DNA of 63,965 bases, filler included, from Lama guanicoe (Eukaryota), in the NCBI GenBank assembly GCA_013239625.1. It is 190 parts of 190 records of this genome, joined end to end, with 100 filler letters (N's around TTAATTAATTAA, not from the genome) between each part and the next. Parts side by side here need not be neighbours in the genome. Positions count along the whole stretch, not along the records: positions 63,729 to 63,965 come from PNXV01045745.1; 189 more parts are not named here. One strand, written 5' to 3'. The notes beneath the pieces were generated by a model. The model did no database searches. It was not told the DNA's origin and was given only the letters and a program-made list of their open reading frames with translations. Shown here one piece after another: positions 63,878 to 63,965 of this stretch. Positions within the stretch are counted from its first letter, which is position 1. Every line of letters begins with the position of its first letter. Both the position numbers and the translations under genes were made by a program.

Positions 63878-63965
63878 TTGGTTTGTTTGTTTTAGGGGGG
63901 AGATAATTAGCTTTATTTAGTTAGTTTGATGGAGGTACTGGGGATTGAACCCAGGACCTCATGCA
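63878..63965 (-). mobile_element. Camelid-type tRNA-derived SINE (vic-1-like), 3' part
   Basis: ggggggagataattag.tttattt...ggaggtactggggattgaacccaggacctcatgca (reverse B box GGTTCAATCC). Confidence 0.85.

Overview
This is not a contiguous locus. It is an artificial concatenation ('ChrUn'-type pseudo-scaffold) of about 190 unrelated, length-sorted mini-contigs: 237 bp up to position 48428, then mostly 238 bp. Contigs are joined by a 100-bp linker, N44-TTAATTAATTAA-N44, which has stops in all six frames. The DNA is mammalian, and the tRNA-derived SINE and L1 3' ends point to a camelid (alpaca/camel; inference). Most contigs are non-coding or repeat fragments (L1, L2, MIR, MaLR/ERV LTRs, hAT and Tigger MITEs), and nearly all ORFs in the track are artefacts that run into N. 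Recognisable gene fragments are the SOX3 HMG box, the ITGA7 B-isoform tail exon, a 51-bp collagen VI (COL6A4-like) exon, a processed PTBP1 pseudogene and a duplicated ADGRB1 exon carrying a stop. There are also two strongly diverged TANGO1/cTAGE5 (MIA3/MIA2) family pieces, one intronless and one a spliced exon, which suggests an expanded family. Two bubble-arm pairs and the SOX3 contig share a 49-bp assembly signature. A heptamer satellite with a ~117-bp higher-order period occurs twice. Adjacency between contigs has no biological meaning, so no multi-gene system can be inferred. Family assignments are from recalled sequences, not database searches.
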